Positions 12,135 through 21,830 of a stretch of 36,209 bases of DNA are shown here, piece after piece. Made by a program: the position numbers and the translations under genes. This stretch comes from Chiloscyllium plagiosum (lineage: Eukaryota), in NCBI RefSeq assembly GCF_004010195.1, contig NW_025215149.1, forward strand, positions 1-36,209. Reading direction: 5' to 3'. Below the pieces are notes generated by a model. That model was not told the origin of the DNA. It saw only the letters and a list, made by a program, of their open reading frames with translations, and did no database searches. How positions within the stretch are numbered: position 1 is the first letter of the stretch; every line of letters starts with the position of its first letter.

Positions 12135-12333
12135 TTTTATGAATAGATTCATACAATACTATCCTCTGCTAGTCTCCCCACGCCACTGCATCAGTGGCAG
12201 AGTTTTCTTTTACTCTCTGAGAAGATAACAAATCCTTTACTGTTGATCTCTGAAATTGCGTGGCTGTTTAGTTTTTCAAATAATATCTTTGGACGCACAG
12301 ACCAGTTTCGTAGGGTGTGAGGTTTGTGTGTGT

Positions 12334-12353
12334 GGGGGGGGGGGGGGGGGGGG
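12334..12353 (+). repeat. Poly-G run (20 G)
   Basis: Seen directly; follows a short (GT)n. Confidence 0.95.
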
Positions 12354-12559
12354 TTCAGTTGTGTGTCTTGATGGTGCTGTCAGTTTGGATGGTTTTGTGA
12401 GCTGCTTCCCTCCCTCTCTCCGTCCCAGACTGAATCGTCGAGGGTTATCACACTCTGCCACTGTCGCTGCAGTAGGGTGGGGAGACAAGCTGAGGGAGCG
12501 ATTGTGTCATTTTAAGTACCACAGAGACTGTCGGACCTGCACCCACATGTAGATACTCA

Positions 12560-12660
12560 CAGAGTTGGGTGTGTGTTGCTGGAAAAGCACAGCTGGTCGG
12601 GCAACATCCAAAGTGCAAGAAAATCGAGGTTTCAGGCCAGAACCCTTCATCAGGAAGTGT
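12560..12660 (-). mobile_element. Penelope-like terminal repeat fragment with a hammerhead-ribozyme-like core
   Basis: gttgctggaaaagcacagc...aaatcgaggtttcaggccagaacccttcatcagg. The minus strand reads CTGATGA-AGGG-TTCTGG-CCT-GAAAC. Confidence 0.75.
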
Positions 12661-12714
12661 AAATCCTGGAAATGTGGTATGACCAGAGCCTTAGAAAGCC
12701 TCAAAATCCCCACC

Positions 12715-13345
12715 TTTACATTGTAGTCCTCTCGAGATGAATGAAATCATCGTATTAGCGTTCTAAACTAATGACTCAACCTGCAAGTTTATCTTAGGCG
12801 AATCCTGAACTTGGAATCCCAAGTCCCTTTGAACTTCAGATTTCTGAATTTTCTTCCCATTTAGTAAATAGTCCATGCCTGTATTCTTCACACCAAAGTA
12901 CCTCACACTCTCCCACATTGTATTCCATCTGCTACTCCTTTTCCCACTCTCCTAAACTGTCTAAACCTTTCTGCAGGCTCCCTGCTCCTCAATACCACGT
13001 GCCCATCCACCTATTTTTGCATCATCTGCAAACGTAGCCAGAATGCCCTCAGTTCTGCCGTCCAAATCATTAACCTAAAAGGTGTAATATTGTGGTCCCA
13101 GCACTGACCCTTGTGAAAAACTACTAGTCACTGGCTGCCATCCAGAGGACTTATTTTATCCCCACCCTGCCTCCTGCCAGACAGCCAACCTTTTATCCAT
13201 GTTAATACCTGTCCTCTCACACCATGCGCCCTTGTCTTACTCAGCAGCCTCCTGTGCGTGTGGCACCTTATCAGAGGCCTTCTGGAAATCCATATAGAAA
13301 CTCCCATTGGCTCTCCTTGATCTGACCTGCTTGTTACCTCTTCAA
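12715..13345 (-). mobile_element. CR1 LINE RT fragment
   Basis: Antisense of the FADD motif (gcatcatctgcaaac) and the SQGSVLGP region (ggtcccagcactgacccttgtga). Close relative of 2890-3500. Confidence 0.9.
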
Positions 13346-14015
13346 AGAAATATCATTAGCTTGAGGAAAAGGTATTTAATGAAATGGGGAGCAATCAGAA
13401 GATCTGGGTCATTCCTACAGACAGAGTGGGAGTGTTCCTCAAAGCAGTCTCTGGTCTCCCCAGTGTAAAAGAGACTGCATTGTGAACAGCAATGACAGAA
13501 GACTGGATTGAAAGTGTACAAGTGAAATGTTGCTTCACCTGGAAGGTATAATTGGGGCCATGGACAGTGATGAGGGAAGAGGGGAATGGGCAAGTATTGC
13601 AGCTTCTGCATTTGCATGGGAAGGTGCCATGGGGGAGTGGGGAGGTGTGCGGGGTGATGGAGGCTGTCACAGAGGGGATGATCCCTGTGAAATGCTGAGA
13701 GTGGACGGGAGGGGAAGATGTGTTTGATGGTGCTGTCCTGCTTGAGATGGTGGAAGCGGTGGAGGATGATTCTGTGAATGTGGGTTCTAGTGCAGTAGGA
13801 AGTGAGGACAACGGGAAGTCCATCATTGTACTGGGAAGGAGGAGACGGAGTGAGGGCAGAAGTGAGGAAGATGCGCCAGTCACAGCTGAAGGCTCTGTCC
13901 ACCGGAGTTAGGGGATTTCTTTTCTGAGAGAAAAGCTGGTCATGTAGGAAGCTTCCCACTGGAATGTGGTATCATTGAACAGAAATGGCAGAGCCAGAGA
14001 AACTGGGAGAATGAA
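13345..14015 (-). mobile_element. Penelope-like retroelement ORF fragment (RT C-terminus, Cys linker and GIY-YIG endonuclease), frameshifted
   Basis: Overlapping ORFs give HRIILHRFHHLKQD..KHIFPSRPLSAFHRD, HGTFPCKCRSCNTCP..FQVKQHFTC and CSQCSLFYTGET..FEEH..HF, the Penelope GIY-YIG layout. Confidence 0.9.
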
Positions 14016-14289
14016 GTCACTTTCAACTGATCATGTGTTCAGCTGCATACAGAGGTTCCACCTGAATGATTGAAAAGAGCAAGGCATTTCAATTGCAGAT
14101 TTATGTCTTATATCTGATCTAAAACGGAATGTGAAAATAGACTCAGGTAAAGGTCAGCAGATGTGTGGGGGAGACATTTAAGTAGATACTTCATAACGCT
14201 CATCAATGATTGACTCCGGTCAAAAGGAAGATGATATGAAGATGTGAAGAATAACTGCCCCCCATGATGCACAAAGGCTTGAAGGATAA

Positions 14290-14880
14290 CTAATCAATCA
14301 CAAACTAAAGAATTCAGGTTGGTGAGCTCTAGCATTGGCCACATTTGGGAAGTTTATTTTTGGAAACAGAAGCAGATTGGATAAAGTAAAATATAAAGAA
14401 AAATATTCCAAAACTGGCAAGAAATATGATAAAATAATTTTATTCTCAAGAGTTTTTCCATGTCAATTATAAAACGTTCATGATGTGCGTGTGACCCTTG
14501 GAAGAACGGCAGGAAAGTATATGTGGGACACCTGGAGGATGTAACTGGGGAACTGGTTTCAGGGAACAGGCAGAGAATTTAAAATAGAATTTTACATCGT
14601 TCCTCACAGGGGAAGTCACAAAGTAATTCAATAATATGAACAAAACTGTAGTCGGATGAAAGTTCTTGAACTGTCTCTAACAAAAGAAACATTTTTTATT
14701 AACAAGCAGGTAAGAATAATGGTAGACAGGTCAGCGGTAATTCATAGCTGGTTTTAGAAGAAGTGGTTACAGAGTGACTGGGGGCACTGTGCAAAATATT
14801 CCATAACTCTCTCGATTACAGGAGAGTTCCAGCGAAACTGGAGAACCTCTAATGTGGCCCCTGTCTTCAAGAAAGGAGTG
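14290..14880 (+). mobile_element. Old CR1 LINE ORF2 fragment(s)
   Basis: 14760-14880 encodes a degenerate GEVPxxWRTSNVAPVFKKG motif; upstream sequence resembles a decayed endonuclease region. Confidence 0.55.
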
Positions 14881-15214
14881 AGTCTTCAACTCTTTAGGCG
14901 CTTCCTTTGTCTGAATGGTGCAGTATATTTGAAAGGCTGAGTGTGGTCTCATGACATACTTTCATCCCGAGTAATTTCAAAAAAATCGTCTCCCTCCACT
15001 GATGTGTTAAAAACTGGGGGACAAACATTTGCCTGAACCTGAGCATTCCAGTTACAGCGTTTTCCAGAAGAATTTATAACCATGTCGGGGTATTGAATAG
15101 GCAAGAGAGCGAATAGCTGCTGCATGCAATAGTGAGAGTGGTGTAGCATGAGCCTTATTCGGGGTTCGGTGCTATAACAGATATACAGTGAGTGTGTGGG
15201 AGCAGAGAGAATAT

Positions 15215-15418
15215 GGCGACCTTTATCCTGACAGACTGGGAAAGATTATTGAGGCTTGTCCTGACAGATACTGCATTGAGCTGGGTGGTGAGCTCAGACT
15301 ATGTTCGCTGGGTCTGGTTGTGGCAGCTCCTCTGGGAAGAGAATGGTCCTCTTTTGTACCAACCGATCCACCATGTCCCTGTCGACAGACCGTGGTATAA
15401 TTGTCCCTTATCTGCCAT
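15215..15418 (-). pseudogene. Decayed Myb/SANT-like DNA-binding ORF of a PIF/Harbinger-type transposon (NAIF1/MYPOP-like)
   Basis: With two frameshifts the minus strand reads MADKGQL/PRSVDRDMVDRLVQKRTILFPEE/CHNQTQRT*SELTTQLNAVSVRTSLNNLSQSVR. This fits the PRF...L...ILF...W.EIA..VNAV.....NDL...R pattern, with the conserved Trp codon decayed to TAG. Confidence 0.55.
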
Positions 15419-15764
15419 GCTCAGGGTAAATTGTGCAGGGCAGCTCTGAACTGAGAAAGCTGAACCGTGTGCCCGTTGGCCATTTAAAAATGGCACAAAT
15501 GCTCAATTGGTAAGCTCTGAACATTGTTCATTCCTGGATGGATTGATGGCAGTACACTACTTGTCTACGCAGTGTTTCATGATGAACAGATATCTTGCCT
15601 TATATGTGTCCGGGCTGGAACTGTTAGGAGGAATGAGTATCCAATGTAACTCCTGACATAACTGTCACTCCTCCAGCTCGCCCATTCTGCTGCCAAACTC
15701 CATATTTCTGCAACATGTTGTCTATTAAGTAATTACCCAAGCAAAACATGAATATCTGTCCCTC

Positions 15765-16260
15765 TGTTATGGACCAGAGCAGATCCCCTCAAAGTACATG
15801 GAGAAGGCAGTCTCTCGACCCGAGCGTTTTCTTATTTTAAAGGTCAATGAGAGGTGCTGTGTTTCAGATACAATTCGATTGTTCAAAATATTCGACATTA
15901 AGCAAAACACAATCTATTCAAACACAGTAGACATAACATAATGAAAACAAGAGGATCTTGGAATAACTTAATTATTTTGGAAAACTTAACAGAATAACAG
16001 GTTATTCAACTAACAGTAACTGCTCCAAGGTAGTAACATCCTAGAAACACTCACATGTCGAAAAACAAATTCAGGAAACAGATTGTCTCACATGCAGTTC
16101 TCCATTCCAGGAGGAAAGAACATCAAAAACAATTCTGAGAGAAATCTCAGAGAGAGAGAGTGTAGCAGCCGGGAGAGATTTACTGCCTTCCATCCCTGCT
16201 GAGACCCCAGCATTAACTGACAAAAGGTAAAACTAAGAATCCTGGTTCTGGGAGAGTTTT
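15765..16260 (-). mobile_element. LTR-like fragment (probably Gypsy)
   Basis: Starts with TGTTAT and has an A-rich body resembling the antisense of fish LTRs; opposite end and TSD not found. Confidence 0.4.
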
Positions 16261-16609
16261 AGCATCACTCCACAGGACCAGGCCGTGGTTGCAAGGGCCA
16301 CAAGGAATGGACTGTATCTACACCATCTATGGCATTGTAGTCACCTCTCAAAAATGCCTAATCCCACCTAAGCCATTAAATGATGGTCAGATATATGTCA
16401 AAGTTAAATATAAATACATAAACCGAAAGAGTGCAGCAGGCCTGGTGATCAGACACAGATGGCGGCAGGTGCCCAGCAATTCCTACCCTGCCAAAACACA
16501 GTAAAATCATCGCGCTTGTGAAGAAAAAGCGTCATCTCCCTCCCTCACCTCTAACTTTACAATTGGAGATGTACCATTCACTATTGGTCAGCGATGTCAA
16601 CATTCCATC

Positions 16610-18280
16610 CATTTACACTTATGTGAGGAATAAGTGAATGGTCAAAGAAAGAGTAGGGCCGATCAGGGATAGCATAGAGAACTTGTGTGTGGAGTCTGAG
16701 GAGGTAGGGGAAGCCCAAATGAGTTGTTTGCTTCCGTCTTTACGAAAGAAACGAACTTTGTTATGAATGAAACCTTTGAAGAGCAGATGTGCATGCTGGA
16801 ATGGAAAGAGATAGAGGAAGCTGATGTGCTGAAAATGTTGTCAAACATTAAGATTGACAAGTCGCCAGGCCTGGACCAGAGTTGTCCTCGGCTGCTTTGG
16901 GAAACGAGAAATGCAATTGCTTCGCCACTTGCGAAGATCTTTTCATCCTCGCTCTCCACTGGAGTCGTACCTGAGGACTGCATAGAGGCAAATGTAATTC
17001 CTCTCTTCAAGAAAGGAAATAGGGAAATCCCCGGCAATTACAGACCAGTAACTCTCACGTCTGTCATCTGCAAGGTGTTAGAAAGGATTCTGAGGGATAG
17101 GATGTATGACCATCTGGAAGATGAGGGTCGAGCTGTGGATGTGATGTATAGCAAAGGATTTGATAAGGTTCCCCATGGTAGGCTCATTCAGAAGGTCAGG
17201 AGGAATGGGATACAGGGGAACTTAGCTGTCTGGATACCGAAGTGGCTGGCCAACAGAATACATAAAGTGGAAATAGAAGGAAAATATCTCCCTGGAAGTC
17301 TGTGGTGAGTGGTGTTCCACAGGGCTCTGTCCTTGGGCCTCTTCTGTTTGTAATTTTTATTAATGACTTGGATGAGGGGATTGAAGGATGGGTCAGAAAG
17401 TTTGCAGACGACACAAAGGTTGGAGGTGTCGTTGACAGTATAGAGGGCTATTGTAGGCTGCAGCAGGACTGACAGGATGCAGAGATGGGCTGAGAGGTCA
17501 ACCTGGGTAAATGTGAGGTGATGCATTTTGGAAGTTCGAATTTGAAAGCTGAGTACATGTTAAAGGATAGGATTCTTGGCAGTGTGGAGGAACAGAGGGA
17601 TCTTGGTGTGCAGATGTATAGATCCCTTAAAATAGCCACCCAAGTGGACAGGGTTGTTAAGAAAGAATATGGTGTTTTGGCTCTCACTAATAGGGGATTA
17701 AGTTTAAGAGTTGTGAGATCTTGTTGCAGCTCTATAAAACTTTGGTTCGACCGCACTTGGAATACTGTGTCCAGTTCTGTTCGCCCGATTACAGGAAAGA
17801 TGTGACTGCTTTGGAGAGGGTTCAGAGGAGGTTTACCAGGATGCTGCCTGGACTGAGGGCTTATCTTATGAAGAGAGGTTGACTGAGCTCGGACTTTTTT
17901 CATTGGAGAAAAGGAGGAAGAGAGGGGACCTAATTGAGGTATTCAAGATAATGAGAGACATAGATAGAGTCAATAGCCAGAGACTTTTGCCCAGGGCAGA
18001 AATGGCTAACATGAGGGGTCATAGTTTTAAGCTGGTTGGAAGAAAGTATAGAGGGGATGTCAGAGGCGGGTTCTTTACACAGAGAGTTGTGAGAGCATGG
18101 AATGCGTTGTCAGCAGCAGTTGTGGAAGCGAGGTTATTGGAGATATTTAAGAGACTGCTGGACATGCATATGGTCACAGAAATTTGAGGGTGTATACATG
18201 AGGATCAATGGTTGGTTCAACGTCGTGGGCTGAAGGGCCTGTTCTGTGCTGTACTGTTCTACATTCTATGTTCTATGTTC
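16610..18280 (+). mobile_element. 5'-truncated CR1 LINE (RT plus 3' UTR) with internal deletions
   Basis: DKSPGLD, EANVIPLFKKG, PGNYRPVTLTS, FDKVPH, FADDTK and FFTQRVVRAWNAL motifs. The QHGF..SCLTNL block is deleted near 17119. (ttctatg)n tail at ~18256-18280. Confidence 0.95.
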
Positions 18281-18299
18281 AGTCCAAGTATTATCGGAA

Positions 18300-18503
18300 T
18301 ATGTCAGGGTGGTTGTTAAAGGGGTTAACTGAAGCTGGTTGTTCAGTAACTGTGATTAATATCAGTCCTCCTGGGCCTAACTGTATCACTGGAGGGTTTC
18401 CCTCTTCCATAATTAGGGGCCTTTATCAACTTGTTATGCCATAGTATTCGGGGCAGCGTCATCCTCAACACGATTGGGATTAGCAGCTACAAAGAGAGGG
18501 AAA
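18300..18503 (+). promoter_or_regulatory. Candidate proximal promoter/5' UTR of the GPCR gene
   Basis: Unique ~200 bp between the CR1 tail and the coding repeat. Contains GATTAAT (18354-18360) and TAATTA (18410-18415) homeodomain-type sites. Positional inference only. Confidence 0.35.
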
Positions 18504-18671
18504 GATCAGAATCTAAGAACATTAGACCGGAATGTTCCAACAATGGATCAGAATCTGAGAACATTAGACTGGATTGTTCCAACAATGGATCAGAATCTGA
18601 GAATTTTTGACTGGAATGTTCCAACAATGGATCAGAATCTGAGAACATTAGACTGGAATATTCCAACAATG
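18504..18671 (+). repeat. Coding tandem repeat, 4 x 42 bp (14 aa, DQNLRTLDWNVPTM)
   Basis: Units at 18504, 18546, 18588 and 18630 with few substitutions and no indels; each ends in an in-frame ATG. Confidence 0.97.
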
Positions 18672-18801
18672 GACAAGAGTTTATCCAATGGCCTTTACTA
18701 TCTTTCTGTGGATTGGACATGGTTAGAGTTGCAGATACAAGCCGTACTGATGATTATTCAAGCTGGGTACTATCCCATCCTCGCTATTATTGGTGTTCCT
18801 G
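18543..18801 (+). CDS. First coding exon of a GPR139/GPR142-like class A GPCR (N-terminus plus first half of TM1); rest of gene not found in window
   Basis: First ATG in strong Kozak context (acaATGg). Encodes M(DQNLRTLDWxVPTM)3-DKSLSNGLYYLSVDWTWLELQIQAVLMIIQAGYYPILAIIGVP-G. YYPILAIIGVP aligns with TM1 YYSLLLCLGLPAN of GPR139. Canonical phase-1 donor CCTG|GTAAGC at 18801/18802, just before the expected TM1 Asn1.50. Confidence 0.8.
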
Positions 18802-18959
18802 GTAAGCCTATCTCTGTCAATTCTATAAATGATGGTGAAGGTTATTGCTACTTCGGTTATTTATATTTAGCAAAAGCGTAAACTTTCAGTCATAAACTCC
18901 ACTTTGAGTCCCCTTTTTACCCTAAACTGTTTTGCAATTCTGGATTGTCTCTGTCATTA

Positions 18960-19130
18960 AAACGGTCAAAATCCATCTCTAAAATATCCCCATTCTCCAC
19001 TTCTGCCTCAGTTCTGTTGCTGAATGAGCTTGTCATCTACCCCTTTGTTAACTCCAGACTTTATGGCTTCACTTCTCTTCTGACCTCTCTTCCCCATTGC
19101 AAATATTTTGACCACAAACTTGTTCTTGTC
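18960..19130 (+). mobile_element. Old L2 LINE fragment
   Basis: Translates as LVIYPFVNSRLYGFTSLLTSLP, matching the L2 LIHAFVTSRLDY..LL.GLP motif. Confidence 0.55.
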
Positions 19131-19150
19131 TCTACAGTTACTTCACAGTA

Positions 19151-19500
19151 GGGGCACTGTATCAGAGTAATAATATCACTGACTGTGTAATTCAGAGGCA
19201 CAGGCTATGACTCTAAAAGCATTGTTTCAACTCCGACTACAGCCGATGACAGAACAGAAATTTGAATCATAAAAATTGGAATGAAACCTAAATTCACTCG
19301 AGTCAACCATAAACCACCAGATTTCTTTTTCCTTATTTTACTGATAACCTTTCGTAAAGAACCTTAACATTTTTGCCCAGTCTGGACTAAGTGTGAATTC
19401 TGACCCACAACAATACGGTTGGCTCCATATTTTCTTGACAAAGGACCTCCCAGTCAAGAGCAATTCGTGATGGATAACAAATGCTGGCATCCTGGGAAAC
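19151..19500 (+). mobile_element. tRNA-derived SINE with an L2/CR1-type tail (old)
   Basis: Degenerate head (gtttcaactcc B box), body (ccagtctggactaagtgtgaattctgacccacaacaat) and tail (caagagcaattcgtgatggataacaaatgctggc). Confidence 0.65.
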
Positions 19501-19529
19501 AACAATATTAGAAGTGAAATAAACGAAGG

Positions 19530-19660
19530 AACTGTGGATACTGACATAAAACTCTTCAGCATCTAGAAGTGTTGGAGAATCTCAGCAGGCATGTCTCTCT
19601 GTCAGGAGAAACACAGATAACGTTTCGAGTTCAGGGACCCTATCAAAACTTAATGCAACG
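19530..19660 (-). mobile_element. Penelope-like terminal fragment
   Basis: gttggagaatctcagcaggc...gagaaacacagataacgtttcgagttcagggaccc. The minus strand retains GGGTC..AACTC-GAAACGTT. Confidence 0.65.
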
Positions 19661-20749
19661 GGGAAATAATATTATTTATATCAGAGATGGTTAGAAGGGT
19701 GAGTGGGAGGTTTTGTTGAATGGATGAAGAAATGTTTAGCAAAAGAAAGACAGAGCAAGAGAGAGGCAAAGCAAGCAGAAGGATTGCTGATGACGAACTG
19801 GAATGAAAATAGAATGGGAAGTTATTCTAACATTTTCCCTTTTCCGATATTCCTGAATATCACATCGTTTAGCTATGTCCCTATTTGAAGTGAATTATGT
19901 TCCCTCTCTCTCTCTTCTCTGAGTGTAGTGATCAATTTCATCGGCAATACTGGTGCTGCCCGTCTAGTTGCTGAGATACAGAGAAATATAATGTTACATT
20001 GTCGACTGCTTCTTTAGACAGAGGAACTGTTAATGTGGGACTGTGTGGAGACGTAACAGCTTTCTTAGCTAGGAAGAGAAACTGAGGAGAGGGAGGCATT
20101 TACAACACTGAATGGCTGCACCGTGGGTGTAGGGATTTGACTTGCTGGTGTCAAATGAAATCCAGTGGAGTTTCCGTGGATGGTGTTCCTAGCTTTGTAT
20201 TGTCAGCTGCTGGGTTCATTCAGGGAGACCCGAGGGTCTGGGGACGCCACCCTGGATATTGCATTTACAGCTCCATGGGAAACAAATGGAGCTGAGACCA
20301 CACAGAAGGGAAATTCTGTTAACAGGGAGAAGCAAGGCACTGCACTATCCCCCCTGGGATTTCCAGGAACATTTGTCTAAGCTGGACACATTTCAGGTGT
20401 AAAGTGTGAAACCAGCTTGGTTCAAAAATGAGATGCTCACTGAGCTGTGTCCCCTCCTTCAGTATAACCTGTAGCTTCACACCAGGAACAGGACTGTGCT
20501 GACATTCACCATGAAGAGAACTGTTTTGATTCTGGAACTTTCCACGCAGGAGTGGGTAATATATCCACCTTCTCTGAAGTGTAGTCCTCCGATGTGTTTC
20601 TAGCTGACAGAAGCCTGCTGAGAGGAATGCATTGGTTCCATCTCCATATGGAAAGGTACAGAAACTAACTTTCAGAAAAAAAGGGAAGTGTGTGACTGGT
20701 AAAAATGATGGACTACAGGAAATTAGAAATAATGAAATGTATATTCTGA

Positions 20750-21830
20750 AAATCTAATTGAATTGAAGTTTCATGAGTTGCTGCATCCGATGAGTTCCAT
20801 CCCAGAGTACTGGGGAGGTGGTAACAGAGCTAATGAAAAAATGACTGATAATTCTTCAAAGCTGGTTAGATTCTGGAAAGGATGCTGCAGACTGGAAAGC
20901 AGTTATTGTTCCACTAAATATTTAAAACAGGATAGGGAGAGAATACAGAAAACTAAATAGCTTGATGTCAGCTGTGAGAAAAGCATTGGAACCTTTTATG
21001 AGGAATGTGACAACTAGACACTTGGAGAATAATGATATGATTTGGTGCATTCGGACTAGATTCAGGAAAGGGAAATGATCTTTGCTAAAACTGCTGGGGG
21101 TAGTGGAGATTGTCCGTTGTGACATCGACAATTGAGAAGCAGTGGGAGTGGAGTATTTGAATTTTCAGAATACGTTAGACATGTTTGAATACGGGTGAGT
21201 GGAGAATATTAGAGTCCATGGGTAGGTAGGGTTGCAATACATACTATATTGATTAAACATTGGGTAATGGAGATATGAGAAGAGTAGTGTTTTTTTCAGG
21301 TTTGAAGGCTTGTTGGGTGGCAGAAGGAACAGTGTTTTTGCAGTAGCTGTTCACAATGTATATAAATGATTCAGATGTGAACAACAAATACCATCATTCC
21401 CTTTATGTCTATTAAATGGTGAGAGGTTGGGAATGGCTGGTGTTGAAAAGGATCAGAATTCTTATGGGGCAAGAAAGTAAGTGATATGCGGCTCTTCATG
21501 CAAAATGATTGAAGTACCAGAGTTGGCATACTTTTCCCAATGGTAGTGTTTTATTGAGAGAGTTTTTGGTGCATTGTTTACAGATTTAGTCTGTTTTATA
21601 AATAATGGTCTTTTTGTCACCGAGACAGTGCAAAGTAGTTTCACCAGACTAAACCCTGGAATGATGGTACCATGAGGAGAGAGAGCAATAACTATATGTT
21701 TAATCTGTAGCGCTGTGAGAGAATAAGAAGTTGAAAGTTGATGGTTTTGGAAGGACACTCATTACATCCTAAACAGCTGAATAGGGTGAAAATTCTGTAT
21801 TTTTAACTGGATGATTGACTCCCGATAGTT
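20750..21830 (+). mobile_element. Old, heavily decayed CR1 LINE RT fragment
   Basis: Degenerate landmarks in order: gattctggaaagg..gactggaaa, ttcaggaaagggaaatgatctttg, gaattttcagaatacgttagac, ttcacaatgtatataaatgatt, ttcaccagactaaaccctggaatg. Confidence 0.7.

Noticed and set aside
15188..15449. Plus-strand Trp-rich ORFs with a possible donor at 15426
   Set aside because: No recognisable domain; better explained as the antisense of the decayed Myb/SANT ORF.
18504..18671. CRISPR-like array (also considered for 9355-9663 and 31010-31435)
   Set aside because: Units are contiguous or have related low-complexity spacers rather than unique ones; vertebrate context; no cas genes.
18474..18881. 135-aa ORF as a complete single-exon protein
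   Set aside because: It starts at TTG rather than ATG and reads through a consensus splice donor at 18802; the C-terminal KPISVNS... is best explained as intron.
20446..20560. Acceptor tcccctccttcag as candidate exon 2
   Set aside because: Joining to the phase-1 donor gives GTA TAA (stop); no TM1 Asn or TM2 motif follows.
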